Shown piece by piece: positions 50,416 through 64,000 of a DNA stretch of 64,000 nt (within the stretch, counting starts at the first letter, position 1; each line of letters starts with the position of its first letter). Made by a program: the position numbers and the translations under genes. Source of the stretch: Cycas panzhihuaensis. Its lineage: Eukaryota; Plantae; Cycadophyta. A model generated the notes under the pieces. The model ran no database searches, had not been told where the DNA came from, and saw nothing but the letters and a program-made list of their open reading frames with translations. Where the stretch lies: contig CM041465.1 in assembly GCA_023213395.1 (NCBI GenBank), positions 50,537,741-50,601,740 on the forward strand, given 5' to 3'.

Positions 50416-52085
50416 GATACCATGCATCCCATGCATAGACAGATGCTGTGCTTTTCAAAATTGATTGGTTGATATGTGAGGAGTTGCCACATCTTGTTTG
50501 AATTATGGCATGGAGCATTGGTGAGACATATTTTGCAGAAAGCCTCAGTTATCTTTAGCAGCCCAATTGGTTGGGGGGGAGGGGGTGTTGGCGGTGGGGA
50601 TTTTCGTATTTATTTCTTTTAATAAGCTATTATGTAGGAAATTATTCTGAATATTCTTTCCAGCTGTTTTCTGCTCTGTAGTGTGTGGTGGTCTTTCTGA
50701 AGGCAATATATTTGAAGCATATTTAAGTTTTGTTCTTCAAAACTTGGATTTTGATATGGCTTTGCTTTTCTTTTTTCTAAATGTAAATTTGAGTGTGCAT
50801 GTTTGCAAGTATGAAAAAAAAGAAAAAGAAAAAGGATGCTGAAGATACATGCTTTTTATGAAAATTTACATTGATTCTTAGAATTTCAGCTACTGTTCAA
50901 TGTGCCTCTTTGTTCTGTTTGATACATTTATATACAAGTGAAGCCTGAGACTCTGGTCTGTTATCTTTCTGGCACAATTCCTTTTATCATTGTGGGAATG
51001 TCGATTGCAAGAAAACATGCATTTTTCCTTTAAAGGTTGGATCTATTTGCTCTCAGTAGCGTGGCATCTCTTTTTTAATTATGCTTCTCTACAAAGCTGA
51101 TGGCTAAGATACTTTTAAATGTTTTTATATAGAAGTTATGACAGACTTTCAAATACTCTTGAATTGACTTCGTTTGAAAATCAAATTTGATGTTTGCTGC
51201 AGCTTCACGAGAGAGTTTTTGAAACCTTGGCAAGCCTTCTAAATAAGGTTGATTAAGGATTCTAAATTAAGGTTGATGGAGTTTGGAAATGCATGGAACT
51301 GTTCCAAATATACCCTTCCGCATTTATCCGTCATTTTGACATTGAATTTTATTTAAGGTTTTTGGATTTATGTTATGTCTGGATGCAACAGTTTCTTTCT
51401 TGACATTTATTCTTGTGTACTGTGGTCAATCTTTTATGTCAACGCAAGGTTACTCTAATAAATGAAAAGGTTCTTAAAATTGCTATACCGACAATTTTTT
51501 GGAATTTTGCTATGGAAATCTTAACATTAATTTTATTGTCCAAGTTTCGGCACCCTAAAAAATCAGAGACTCATGGCTTAACATTATTCAAATTCACCTC
51601 AACCCCACAAGTCCCCACCACCCCCGCACTCCACACAAACGAACAATAAATAAATACCCACACATATGCACACATGAATTTTGCAACATTAATAGTCATG
51701 GAAACCCATAAATTCATTAAAGCACTTGATCATATAAAGAAGTATGTAGTGTATGCAGCTATAATAAACACCTTTGTTGGTAAACACCTTAGGCCATTGA
51801 TTATGGAAAATAAACTTTTTGCATTCATAAAATAAAGAATATATACAACTTTGTATATGATTCATTTGTGGCCATTTTGGGTGACTGCCCCTAGAGATGA
51901 CCAACATACCAAAAAAAAAAGATTAAGAACCAAAAAGAATAATTATTGGCAGTAGTATTGCATTCCTACGGAGTGAATAATGCCTACCTAAAGAAGAACA
52001 AAGAAGAAAATTTATTGGCTCTTAACAATGTTGTATTATCACAAGTGAACAATGTCTATCTATATCTGTTTCTTCTGAACTATGT

Positions 52086-52087
<2 letters not shown>

Positions 52088-52124
<37 letters not shown>
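52088..52124. repeat. (AG)18 microsatellite
   Basis: Read directly from the sequence. Confidence 0.95.
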
Positions 52125-52128
<4 letters not shown>

Positions 52129-54299
52129 GGTGAAATAAATGGTTTAATTATTTGAATTCCAAATTTTAAAAATATCATTTTTGGAGATACAAATTTTTAA
52201 CCTTATAGTCATAGATAAAAAATTTGTGTTTTAAGTTCACGTCCTTGTTTGCACATAAATGATTGATGCATAGACAAAGTAGTTTGCTAAAGGTAAATAA
52301 GATAAAGGGGATGATGAGAACAAAGTTCTTCTAGCAAACAAATGGGGAGTTGTCGTCTTCTAGTAATTAGATATTGGCATCTATTATTTGAAAATGTGGG
52401 ATGATGAGAGATAGAGGGAGAGAGAGAGATTTATCCAAAGGTAGAAATTTTCACTATTGCATCAAGAAAGTAAGAAGAAAATGAGAGAAGTTGCTATTAT
52501 GCTTCACACTTCATTTCAATTAAAACCACTTGATAGTTAGGTTTAGGATTGGCCTATCTCTATGTTTATTGATGGTTCTTGATGTTCAGATGTCTCAATC
52601 ATGCTATCGTTGTGTATACACTTGATCTTTTTGTTGTGTAGTTTAACCAAGACACCTTTTCCTATCATTGTTGCTTATTGTTTCTATTGAAATGATCACC
52701 TTCATTATTCATTAAATACCCTCTATCTCTGTTAACGATTCTTCATGATTGAATGTCTATATCACATCACCAAGATATGCCAAAATTATCATGTTATCAT
52801 TTTTGGATATCTTGGAAATGAGTGTGGCCCTCTATTCCTTGCCATGTGAAATTGACCCAAGGCAACTTTTCCTACCATATTTGTTATTGTTTCTATTGAA
52901 ATGATTAGTCAAATTGTTAATTAAATGGAATTGTCCTCTTATGACAAAAAGGAAAATACCAAAAGCCATGAGAATGTCTACTTCACTTCACTATTGACAG
53001 ATACTTGACCACTGGCATTTCAAAATTGCTTGATAATGTATCCATCTCGTGCCCTTTTTATCCTCTTGACATTGATTGCACTGTAGATCACTTACAACAT
53101 ATATGGCAATTTGTAACATTTTCACATATGTGGCGTATCAATCATCACATTAGAAGAAACCAATATCAACCACATAGATGCATGCTTATTTGTCATAACT
53201 TGTATATTTTATTATCGTCATTGAATAGAACATCACATCATTTGCATTGTTTGACTCTCATATTTGAGAGTAGTACCAATGATTCACTAAATTGGCTCTC
53301 ATTGCTAACCCAATAGGAGAAATGACCATTTTATACACTTTTTCGTGGTCGGAACTCGAAAAGGTACAATTTTTACAATATAAATTTTGAGCATTCATAA
53401 TATAAAAAATCCTAATTAACAATAATTAATGTTGCTTGGTATGCCTATACACTTGTATAATTATAATATCATGCATCTTAGTTCTTTGGCATAGAACCAT
53501 TCCAAGAACTGTTTACCATCCCAAAACCATCCATTGTAGTTGGAATCATCCTTGGACTATCTTTGTGTTCAAAATTAACCCTATAGAGTTGTAAAATTGC
53601 CCCTATAGAGTTGTTATCACGACTTGCAAGCACCAAAACTATCCCAGAATCATTTCATTCACAATCATTCTTCATTGGATTTTATTGAGAATATTAGATT
53701 TTCTTTTGGAATGCAACTGTCTACCATTCATGAAAATGTCTCCTAACTGTGGTAGCATTTTGAAGCTAAATATGCTACATACATTTATCTAGAGGTTTGA
53801 AAAATTGCTTTGAGCGTCCTTGTTCAATGTCACCAAGATCCCTACTATTTTCTTATCAAAATTTTTATTTTTTGGTCACCTTCCCCCACTTCTTTTATCG
53901 AGTTACTCTTGTAGCTCGCTAAATTGCATGTCATTCTTTTGTGTTTTTTTTATTATTTTCTCCTTAAATTTTAAGTTTTTTGGAATGGTTTTTGAAATCC
54001 TTGTAAAAAAGTTAATCTTACCCAAATTTCCATTATGTTGTCTTGTTTAGGGCTTTGGTAGGGCTTTATCCATTTTTGTTTAGGTATTTGTAATGTTTCA
54101 TCTATTCTTGTTATTTTCTTGCTTAGATTGCTTCTCCCCTACCTCGCCCCACCCCTGCCAACCCTTAAATATTGATAATTGACTAACTTTGAGTTATGGA
54201 TTTTTTTTCCTTTTTTTAATTAAAAAACAAATTATTTGTACTCACCAAGATGGAATCAACTTCATGATACTAGGACAATCTCGATTGTGCTAAATTTTA

Positions 54300-56587
54300 A
54301 AGACACGTTTATAGTATATTTAATGGATTTCTCTGGTGAATTTACTCTACCCTAACTATGGTAGGGTTTGAGTTTGTTGTCCTTAACCATTTCAAGTAGC
54401 AATTGGCTTGCTAATTCTCTTAATTGGACAATGCAATTTCTGTATAACTCTTCAATCATGTACAACCCTTTCCAATGTATTTTAAGGTCTTATGTGTTTA
54501 TGATTTATTATCAAATTGCTATAGTCGATCACCTTTTTTGAAATATGATGTCCTAACATAGTTGTCATGCCATGCCATTTTCTGTTGTTTCATTCTTATG
54601 GTTTGTTTTGCCAGTTTCTTTTAATTGTCCCTTGATTAATGTTTTCCTTTACTATTATAACTTGAAGAATTGCAACTATTATGTACTCCACTTCTTTTAT
54701 GGTTTTTCTCATTGTTAGAGCAAGTTTCCTCGAAGCTATCATTAGTGTCGAATTATATAAAGATCTTCACTACTAGTTATACTTAGATATTCATGACTTT
54801 CATTCTTATAATAATTCTTATTTGTGTTATCCATCAGGGATAATTCTCATATCATAATAGTTAGTATTTGGTGTATTTACTCTATGTTTTTTGTAACCAA
54901 TTATATACATAGAAGTTTCTATCAAGACATTTAGAGTTTAATCATGACTGTAATTTTTTACAACTCTTAAACTTTTGTTCATATGGGTTATTCACTACCA
55001 TTATTTCTTCTACAACTTTAAATGGTCCTTGAAATATTCTTGTTTTCAGCCATTGAATCAAATGTGACAATTGAATGGCTAATTCTAATTGCTCTGATAG
55101 ATTCTCTAATAGTTTTAACATTTGCAGAATGTCTTTCAAGGGAATGTTGGTGAATAAATTAGCCACATCAATTTGTATGGTTTTAATCATTTGCAGCTTT
55201 CTCGCTTTTGTAGTCTCACTTCATTTTGGAGATGCCCCCGTTTTATGCACTTGTTCCACCTCCGGGTTGGGTGTGATGGGGCGATTCTTCTCTACTTTGT
55301 TAACTGCATTCTCTACTGCCTTTTTCATTTGGGTGAAGCAGTAAGTTTACATCTTAGGTTTTGGGTAATCCAAACCATCCTTCTTAGGGTTGATTACTAA
55401 TTCACTTCTTATGTGTAGATTTAAGAATTTGAGTGTGTTAAGCACAATCAACATTAGGTTAATTGATTTCATGTTTAGCAAGCAATTTTTAAAATGATAA
55501 GTACATAGTCCACAATTTTTGCATTAGTGAGCACTACTATCTCTGTCTTTCTTATAGGAGCAATCTGATCTTTAGTGCCCAAACTCCAAACAAAACATAC
55601 ATCTTCCTAGTGGCTTTATCTTTTATTGTTGGTCATGTAGTGTTTTAGTTGAATGTGATGACTATACTTCTCCTTTGCTTTGGCCATTATCTCATGTTTC
55701 TTCCTTTGTGGTTTTGATAATAATCCTTGGTTGTGTGTGTGTTTGCATGTGACACCATTTTTGTCCTTTTTTTACATTTTTGGGTTATGAAAATATTTTT
55801 TTATAGTATGAGTATTTGTATCACTATGTGACACTATTTTACTTCATTTGTCATCTTATTTTTAGGGTTTAGAGGGTAATCCTTGGTGTGGTAAATGTCC
55901 TCCTCACAAATATGACACCACTTTGGTTGAAGACTTGCACTTGTTCTCCCATTATTGTTTGATTTGTCTTCCATAGGTTTGTTCTTTTTTTTTTTTCATT
56001 ACTTTTTTTCTCAATCTTTCACTTTCTAATGACTTTTCTTTTGTTAATGTTTTGTATGCTTTCTTAGTTCTCAACTCCTTAATTTTATTATGTAACATTC
56101 TTAGAACATTATCTTGTATGCTAAAATCCTTTACATCTAACTCCTTTTTAATTTTTAGGGCTATTTTTTTCATTTTAGCCAATGACTTATTAGGTCTTTG
56201 GTTCAAGGCATTCCTTAATTGTAGTTGTAGTCCTTTCACAAAAATTTTCAATAAAAAAATCTAGTAACTTATTCGTACTAATGATATTTATTGTTATGTC
56301 GGACATGTGGTTAGAATAATCCAACACTGACTCTTTTGCCATTGTTTTAATTTTTCCAATGTTTGTACTACATCCTCGTTACTCTTTAGCTTCTAAAATC
56401 TTTCTTAAAATGAGTCACCAATTTGTTGCCAAGTTTTATTATTTTCTTTTCTTTCTTTATACTATACTAATGGTACTCCCCTTAATATAACTTATAAATC
56501 ATCCTTGAATGTCTTTTGTATTTGTAATATTTCATACTTCAATTGAATTCTTAAATAGATACATATGTTCTGCCATATCCATAAATC
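54300..56587 (-). mobile_element. Older decayed relative of the non-autonomous Gypsy at 35539-41597
   Basis: Reverse-strand remnants IFVKGL, KWCHICEE, LELAIQLSHLIQWLK, then directly AWHD...TSYFKKGD and IHWKGLYMIE. No RT in between. Confidence 0.75.
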
Positions 56588-59500
56588 TGTAAATAAATAT
56601 TCATACATCTTTTCTTAACTACAGAATCTTGATCATATACAAGAAGTAAATATACAAAAGCTGAGTACACAATATATAGGTTTTTATATGGAAAAACCTT
56701 TCAGTAAAAAATTTACTGTAAAAGATCAATTGATCACATTAATAATTCTTGGATGATATTACAATGGACTTTAGGATCATTTATAATCTCTCAAATAGTG
56801 CATCCAACCCATAAGTTGCAACTCTCTAATATTTACACCTTTTGGATTAACATTAACTAATCATATTTAACATTAAACATGTGGTTTAGTATTAACTATC
56901 ACGCTAACATTCCCCTTTAATATAAATGTGGGGATTTAATTTGCAATTTGAATTGTCACCAATAAAGGCTAGAATTATGCTTGCTAATACATCTCCCCTA
57001 AGATAACTTTGAGTCTTAATCTAGCATAAATCTTGGTGAATTGATTTTTAGCAAGTATTTTAGTCAATACGTTTGCAAGATGGTTCTCATGTAGATCATA
57101 ATTGACCTACAAATTCTCTATCTTGATTTATTTACAAATTGTTAGGAATATTAATGTTAGTTTTATATTGATGTTATCTTTTGATCATATGTGTAAATGT
57201 GAATTTAAGTAATGTAAAGTTTTAGTTTTATAAAGTCTATGTTAATTATTAATTATTATGTGAAGGTCGTTAAAATGCGCAACTGCCTATTTCAACGAAC
57301 CTTTCATTCTTCAAATAGTCTCTCTTAGATTTTAGGAATTGGTTCCAGGAATCTAGGAGGCTCTCATAAGCTTGTCTGAAGGTTGGTTTTCATATGTATG
57401 TAGAGGGTAATATTGTCAAGGTTTTATGTAAAGTTTTATAAGTCAATAAATTCTTAATTAGAGAGGTGGTTTTTCTTCCCCAGAAGGGGTTTTCCACCTA
57501 CCAAAATAATGTGTACATGTGCAATGTTTATCTTCACCTGTTTATGGCTAATTATTTGATCCTACAGACATTGTACATGCTGCCTATCTTAACACAAATG
57601 TAATGGTGCTAAAGTTCCATGTGCTTTGTATATGTGTGAAATTCTAGTTTCTTTGACAATCTAATAGTGCTATGGCTATTAACTAAATAACCAGGGTACC
57701 ATAAGGTACACTAAGAGTATTTAAAAGTCCTCATAACCATGCAGCTTCTCTGACACCAATATAAAGTCCTTGGTATTCTTCCTCTATAGATGATAGTGTC
57801 ATTATTTATTGTTTTGTTGATTACCATGATACAAGTCTATTGTCAATACCAAAGACATATCCAATAATATATTTTTTATAATCAAATTCTCCTTCCTAAT
57901 GGGCATCAGTGTAGCCATACAATTTTACATCTATACTATAAAACTATTTCAAACCAAGATTAAGAGTTCCTTTCAAATATCTCATAATCCACCTTGTTAT
58001 AACCCATTATGGCTCTTGTGGATTTTGCATATAACATGAGACTAATATGATAATATAAGCATTATCTAGTTAAATATGTGTAAAATAGATAAGACTCTCT
58101 ACCAACTATCTATACAATGTTGTATCTACATTGGGCTTTTCCATATCTTTCATGAGTTTTGTGCCCTTAGCACATGGTTTAGAAATAGGCTTATTGTCTT
58201 TCATCCTAAACTTTGCAAACAAGTTCTTTATATACTTTAGTTATGACACCATAAGTTGATCCTCTATTTATTGTACTTCAATACCTAGGAAGTAATTCAA
58301 CATACCTAGATCTATTATTTCAAAGATTTTTTGTAGGTGGGATTTAACATCCACAATCGCCTTATGACAATTGTCTATCAAGATGAGGTCATCAACGTAC
58401 AACACAATAATTATAATTAAATTTACAATCCTTTTGATACACAAATTAGACTCTAGATGTAGAGTAATGAATCATTCTTTTTTCAACTTTACATCGATTT
58501 TTACATACCAAACCCTTGGTGCTTACTTTAGACTCTAAAGGGATTTCTTTAATCGACATACAAATTTTTCTTCTCATTTTTTAATAAACCCAAGAGGTTA
58601 TATCATATACATTTTCTTCTTTAAGTCTTCATTAAGAAATATGAACTTTACATCCATCTGATGTAGCTCCCATCTATATCTAATTGCAAGTGAAAGGATT
58701 AACTAGACTATTGTCATCTTCTAGATTAGTGTAAACATCTTATCATAATTAATTCTTTTCTTTTGTTTGAATATTTATGCAACAAGTTGAGCTTTATATT
58801 TTTTCACCTCACTATTAAAGTGAAACGTTATTTTGTACACCCACTTATATTCAACAAGATTCTTTTTTAAAGGTGATAAGACCAAATCCCATGTCTCGTC
58901 CTTGATTAAAGAGCCATATTCCTCCTCCATGCATTGCTCTGCTTTGGATTTTCTTTTGCTTTAATGTAAGAATCAAGGTTATGGAGGCCTATGGTGTTAA
59001 CCATTAGAGTTTAATTGACATGCTAACTCCTTGTTTTTTGTCCTTTTGTTAGATCTAGTAATGTCACACTTGACTTTTTAATAGTCTTTCTGGTCCATAC
59101 TATCATTAAGGCACCGTGTATCTCATGTACTTTTCTTATGATGACCTTTTATTATTTGCATCACTCAGTCTATCATCACTTTGTATAATAGATTGTTGAA
59201 TCAGATTCATATTCCTAGAAGTAGACTCCTACAGAATTGACCTTAGTAGAAATGGAAGTAAAGGTAGATAAAAGACATCTTCAGATAATGATTGTTCAAC
59301 ATGATATGTCAATGACTCAAGAAACTTTGTATCCCAATTAATAAGAAGTTTCTTCCCCTTTAGATCCCATAATTTATAAGTTTTAATGGTATCACTATAC
59401 TCCATGAAGATATACTTGTTACTCTTGTGATCCAATTTCTTTCATTTTTCATTTGGGATATGTGCATACACTATGCACCTAAAAACTTTCAAGTGGCTAT

Positions 59501-61540
59501 TGGTAAGTTTCTGACTAGTGCATTTTTCTTCAAGGGTTATGCCACAAACTGCTAAAGTTGGTACTTGGTTCAAAGTATACATTGCAGTTCTAACAATTTC
59601 TATATAAAACATTGGTGGCAAGTTTTTTCCATGTACCATACATCTTTCCATCTCCATCATGGTATGATTCTTTCTCTTAGTGACACCATTTGTTGTGGGG
59701 TATATGACGTTATGAATTCTCGCCTTATACCATGATTCAGACAGAGTTAATTGAAGTTATTATTGTCATATTTCTTGCCATCATCACTCCTTAACTTTTT
59801 ATATTTTTATCACTTTCATTTTTTACTCGAGCTTTCCATTTTCGAAAACGATCATACGCTTCAAACTTACTCTTAAGAAAATACACCTATGTTTTTTCGG
59901 TCTAATGATCTTTGATCACTAACATATATCAAGCTCCTAAGATCAAAGAATTAGATAATGACTCCATCACATATGAATGAATAAATTCTAACTTTTCATT
60001 GGCTCTCCATGTACGATGTTGAGTGAAAGAATATCTGTGATGTTTTCCATGCATACCCCCTTCACAAACATCGATTGAATATGAAACTTTTGGTAAACCT
60101 TCTACTATATTTAATATGTTCATTAGTGATATACTTTTAAAATTAAGATGATCCAGCTGTTCATGCTAACACTTGCTTGTATCATTTATGCCAACAATAA
60201 AGACGTATGATTTATTCTATTTTTTTAATTTCTTAAATATCCAGAAATCATCTTTCACCTTCTCGACAACAATGATAGAAAAGTTTTGTTTTGGATTCTT
60301 AATTAAGCATCTATCTTTATAAAGTTTAATCTTATACCTTATTTGCAAATTTCGTGAATAGACAGAAGAATTTTTAATATTTTAGATGCATAGTACACCT
60401 TATCAAAGTGACCACTAACAATGAAAACTCTCTTAACGCCTTTCACAAGAATAGGTCTCACATCTCCAAGAATGATTTTTATATTTCTAGATGTAGAATC
60501 TTATATAATAAAGTTCTTATAAAAAGAGATATACCTTTGTGCACCTGAGTCAATAATTTAAGTATCTCTTTGTTATATTGACACAATTAGTGAAATTAAG
60601 ATTTCTGTATAATACACAGTAATACCCTTTTCTTTATCATCTTGGCTTGCTTTCTATTGGTCTCTATTTTTGAATAAATATTTTTTTTCGTTATAGCCTT
60701 CCCTTTCACTGTAATTATACTTTTCAACAAATTTCTTATTTTTCTTTTGAGATATTTCTCTAGCCTTTTGTGGATTCTTCCCCCCTTGATCACCATCTTT
60801 CATTTGTGTCTTTAAGGTTAAGGCATGGTTGGATTTAGAATCACTGAGTATGATATGGTGTTTCGGCTTGACATCTTCAGTTAAGATAAAAATTTTTAAC
60901 ATTTCAAATGTTTTACCTTCTATAACTTCATAATTTGCATAAATGATCTTAAAGGTTTAAAATACTGCCAATAGTTTTGACATATTTATCACAAATGACA
61001 ATGCACTGATCTAAGTTTTACCTCTTCTAATTTATTTTTCAAATTCATTATCTTGTTTAGGTATGTACTTATATTGTTTTTATCCTTGAAAGTAGCATTC
61101 AACAACTCCATCATCAATACAACTTGATGGTTTTATTTATTTTCTTTAAATGTGTCATTTAGTTTTATTAAGATTTCATATGGTGTTTCCAAGTTGTGAA
61201 CAAGTGTCTTATGATGTAGAGCTAATAACAACTTCAACAACCTAATGACAATGAACTATTTCTCTTCAAATTTCTCTTTTTCCTTTTCATCTACAAGAAT
61301 AATAGTAGCCTTTTCTTTAGTAAATTTCCACAATTGATTCACCATTAAGACAATCTCTATATTTGATTTCCATTCATTGAAGTTATTTCTATTAAAAATT
61401 ACTTGTGGTAGTTTCTCTATCATATATATAATGCAAAAATAAATCCCACAATAACCAACAATCCTTAGATAATAGGACAAAATAAATAACACCACTTTCA
61501 CATACCTGCACCCAAAGTTTATAACTCTGAACAACAATCT
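56588..61540 (-). mobile_element. Highly decayed Copia: 3' LTR 56588-56909, PPT 56910-56918, RH-RT-INT-PR-gag to ~61420; 5' end displaced by the LINE
   Basis: Motifs LYVDDLIL, QMDVK, GYTDA, CIVYAHIP and NNFNEWK...LWKF. ctaaca is followed by ttccccttt. Confidence 0.85.
57140..57594. mobile_element. Solo LTR (455 bp) inserted in the Copia RNase H
   Basis: TGTTA...TAACA ends; TSD CAAAT at 57135-57139 and 57595-57599. Confidence 0.9.
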
Positions 61541-61544
61541 ATAC

Positions 61545-64000
61545 TTTTTTTTTTTATTTGGTAAAAAAATGAAGGGGTTTAAAAGGTCCCTAAACCTTTT
61601 ACAAGATCTACCTCTCGACTAGAGCAGGATGCCATGATAGGCCCATGTCCTAGCTAGACTTAGAACATCCTAACCACTTTAACCATACAAGCCATAACAA
61701 GTCTATAAGGTATCTTGCCCCTCCCTGGGCTAACACATCCATTCTAACTAGACTCAGAAGCTCCTTCGGGAAGTTTTATTTCCAAACCCTCGTACTATCG
61801 TTTAAGACCACCCAATTGGCGAGCCAGTCGGTTGCTGCATTACCCTCTCTGTACATGTGGAAAATTTGAGATCCCACTTTAGACCTCAATGCCTCTTGAG
61901 TGTCCCTCACCATGTCCGTGTTATGCTAGTCTACTTAAGTATCACCTCTAAGAATCCTGATCACATTTAGTGAGTCTCCTTTGATCACCACCTTGTCATA
62001 GTCATCCTGTTTAGCCATAATCATTGCTCTCTACATAGCCTTTAATTTGACCTTATGGTTTGTTTGATTTCTATATTATTCTGCGAAGGCCCACCTCACT
62101 CTCCCATCTGGGTATCTGCATAACCCTCCCCCACCTACCTCGCTAGGGTTGCCTTAGACTCCCCATCAAAATTTATTTTAACCCAATTATCTATAAGAAG
62201 ACGCCAAGAGAATTTTCTTCTCCTAACCTCGATTATATTAGGTCTTCTTATTCCCCATCCATCTATGATGATTCCCTCCCTTTCCAAAATACTTTCCTCA
62301 TATTAAGCTTTAATCAATTATGCTGTCACTGAACGTATCATCTCATAAAGCCTAACCTCATCTAGCTCCTTCCCTTTAAATAATCTTATGTTTCACTCAT
62401 TCCAGATGTTCTACACCACCATTGGCAGGATCATTTTTCAGAGAGATCACAAAGTCATACTCCTGAAGGGAGATTTCCACATCCTCCATTGATCTTCAAG
62501 GGTCCTTAGGCTCACCCACGATATCCCTAATTGGGACCAAATACCATCCCAGGCTCTTCTAGTAAAAGGACAGTGAATGTTGATATGATAAATCATCTCC
62601 TTATCCTTCTTGCACATCACACACCTATTTGGCATGGAAATACCATGCCTATGAAGGTTGTCAACTATCATGATCTTTTTCTTTAGGTAAAGCCACCATA
62701 AGACTGCCACCTTGGGTATTAAATCCAACTTCCACACCCCTTCTAGTAAAGGATCCTTTCTGATCCATGCCTCCATACATATGGATTAGTATCCATCCTT
62801 CACAGTATACTCTCTCGAGGGGGAGTTAGCCCAAATGACCGCATCTACTTTAGGCCCTTTTGGAATGTAGCATTGATCGAGCTGTCTTTTTAAGGCCTGG
62901 ATATTCTCCCCGCATTCTTGGATCCCTTGCAGCTCCTTAAAAGATTTCTAGACTTTATCTCAGCCTTGTCCCTCCTAATAGCCCTTAACCTTAGAACCAT
63001 ATGTGTCTTTACAAATGGCTTGCATAATACCTATGCTTAAGCTATCTTTCAATCAATACTTACCACACCATTTATCCCCCTAGAACTTTATGCTTTCCCC
63101 ATTCCCCAAGTTCCATCTCATGCCTGAGCTCAAGATAGGTCTCAAGTGGTCCAGACTCCTCCATATTGGAGACCCACATACCTCCCCCACCTCATCTTTT
63201 AGGAAATGCTTTCCTCCCAAATAATTTTTGGAAATGATTTTGTCCCATTGTTCTCCTTCCTCCTTCGCCAGTCTCCATCCTAGCTTGGCTGCCAGAGCTC
63301 TATTAAAAGGGGCCAATCTTTTGATATTAAGCCCTCCTGCCCATCTAGGCATACAAACATTATCCCGCGCAACCAAATAGATTCTATCATTTTCTTCAGT
63401 TCTGAACTATAGCAATCTTTTCTGATTGCCTTCTAAGATCGATATAACCCTGCTCAGTATCCTAAAAATTGACATCATGTACACTGAAATACTCTGCAAA
63501 GAAGCAACCACCAACTGAATCTTTCCAGCTTAGCTGAGAAGGGTTCCTTTCTAGCCAACCAGTTTCCTTTGCATCCTGTCTACAGTTGGGTTCCAAAGGG
63601 CCTTACTCATATTCCCAACAAACAGAGGCATTCCTAGATAGGTAAACGACAAAGATCTGATGGGCATCCTTAGCTCCTTAATGATCTTTATTGTAGTCTC
63701 TAATGGGTATTTATAAAGAAGATGAATTTTTTTTCTAGGTTTATTCTTTGAATTATGGCTCTCTCAAAGGCTTGGAGTCCAGCCTTAAAGGCTTTGGCTT
63801 CTTGCATGGCTATCTTTCCTAGGAGAATGTTGTCATCAACAAACTGGTGATGGATAATATTATCTATGCTGGATGTAGGTTTTAGTCCAGTGACCCATCC
63901 TTTCCTCTTGGCCTCCTTGGTAGCTCTCCCTAAAATTTCTTCCATAATGATAAAGAGGTAGGGGGATAAAGGGTCCCTTTGCCTCAGCCCTCTGAAGCCA
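61545..64000 (-). mobile_element. L1-type LINE 3' part (RT, zf-RVT, RNase H, poly(A) tail); runs off the window
   Basis: Motifs GLRQRDPLSPYLF, HHQFVDD, YLGMPL, GGLNIK..FNRALAAKLGWRL, MPNRCVMC and FDG..K..GGGG. T-run at 61545-61555 is the poly(A) tail. Confidence 0.92.

Noticed and set aside
52530-54300. Possible LTR or 3' region of the old Gypsy derivative, with an imperfect ~40-bp duplication at ~52660 and ~52870
   Set aside because: No defensible termini, PPT or TSD could be identified, so it was left unannotated.

Overview
AT-rich plant nuclear DNA, most consistent with a large-genome non-flowering plant (gymnosperm- or fern-like; this is inference). The only host gene is a Delta(7)-sterol C5(6)-desaturase (DWF7/STE1, ERG3 family) on the + strand. 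Its internal exon (3629-3934) and last exon (50015-50313) are separated by a 46,080-bp GT-AG intron; the first exon lies upstream of the window. The intron and flanks are filled with nested, mostly decayed retrotransposons. (i) A young, intact 4.25-kb non-autonomous LTR element (4749-8995, TSD AAGAG) has no pol. It encodes a truncated Gag N-terminus with an acidic tail and carries an antisense fragment resembling an ACT-domain-repeat (ACR) gene. (ii) A stack of Copia remnants (9.7-29 kb) includes two same-family copies in inverted orientation. (iii) A three-level Ty3/Gypsy nest (29-47.7 kb) contains a 16.5-kb element with a palindromic 19-bp tandem array and an extra 3' ORF, and within it a 6-kb gag-protease-only derivative. 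Downstream of the gene are an older copy of that derivative family, a decayed Copia with a solo LTR, and an RNase H-bearing L1 LINE. Identities were counted by eye and are approximate.
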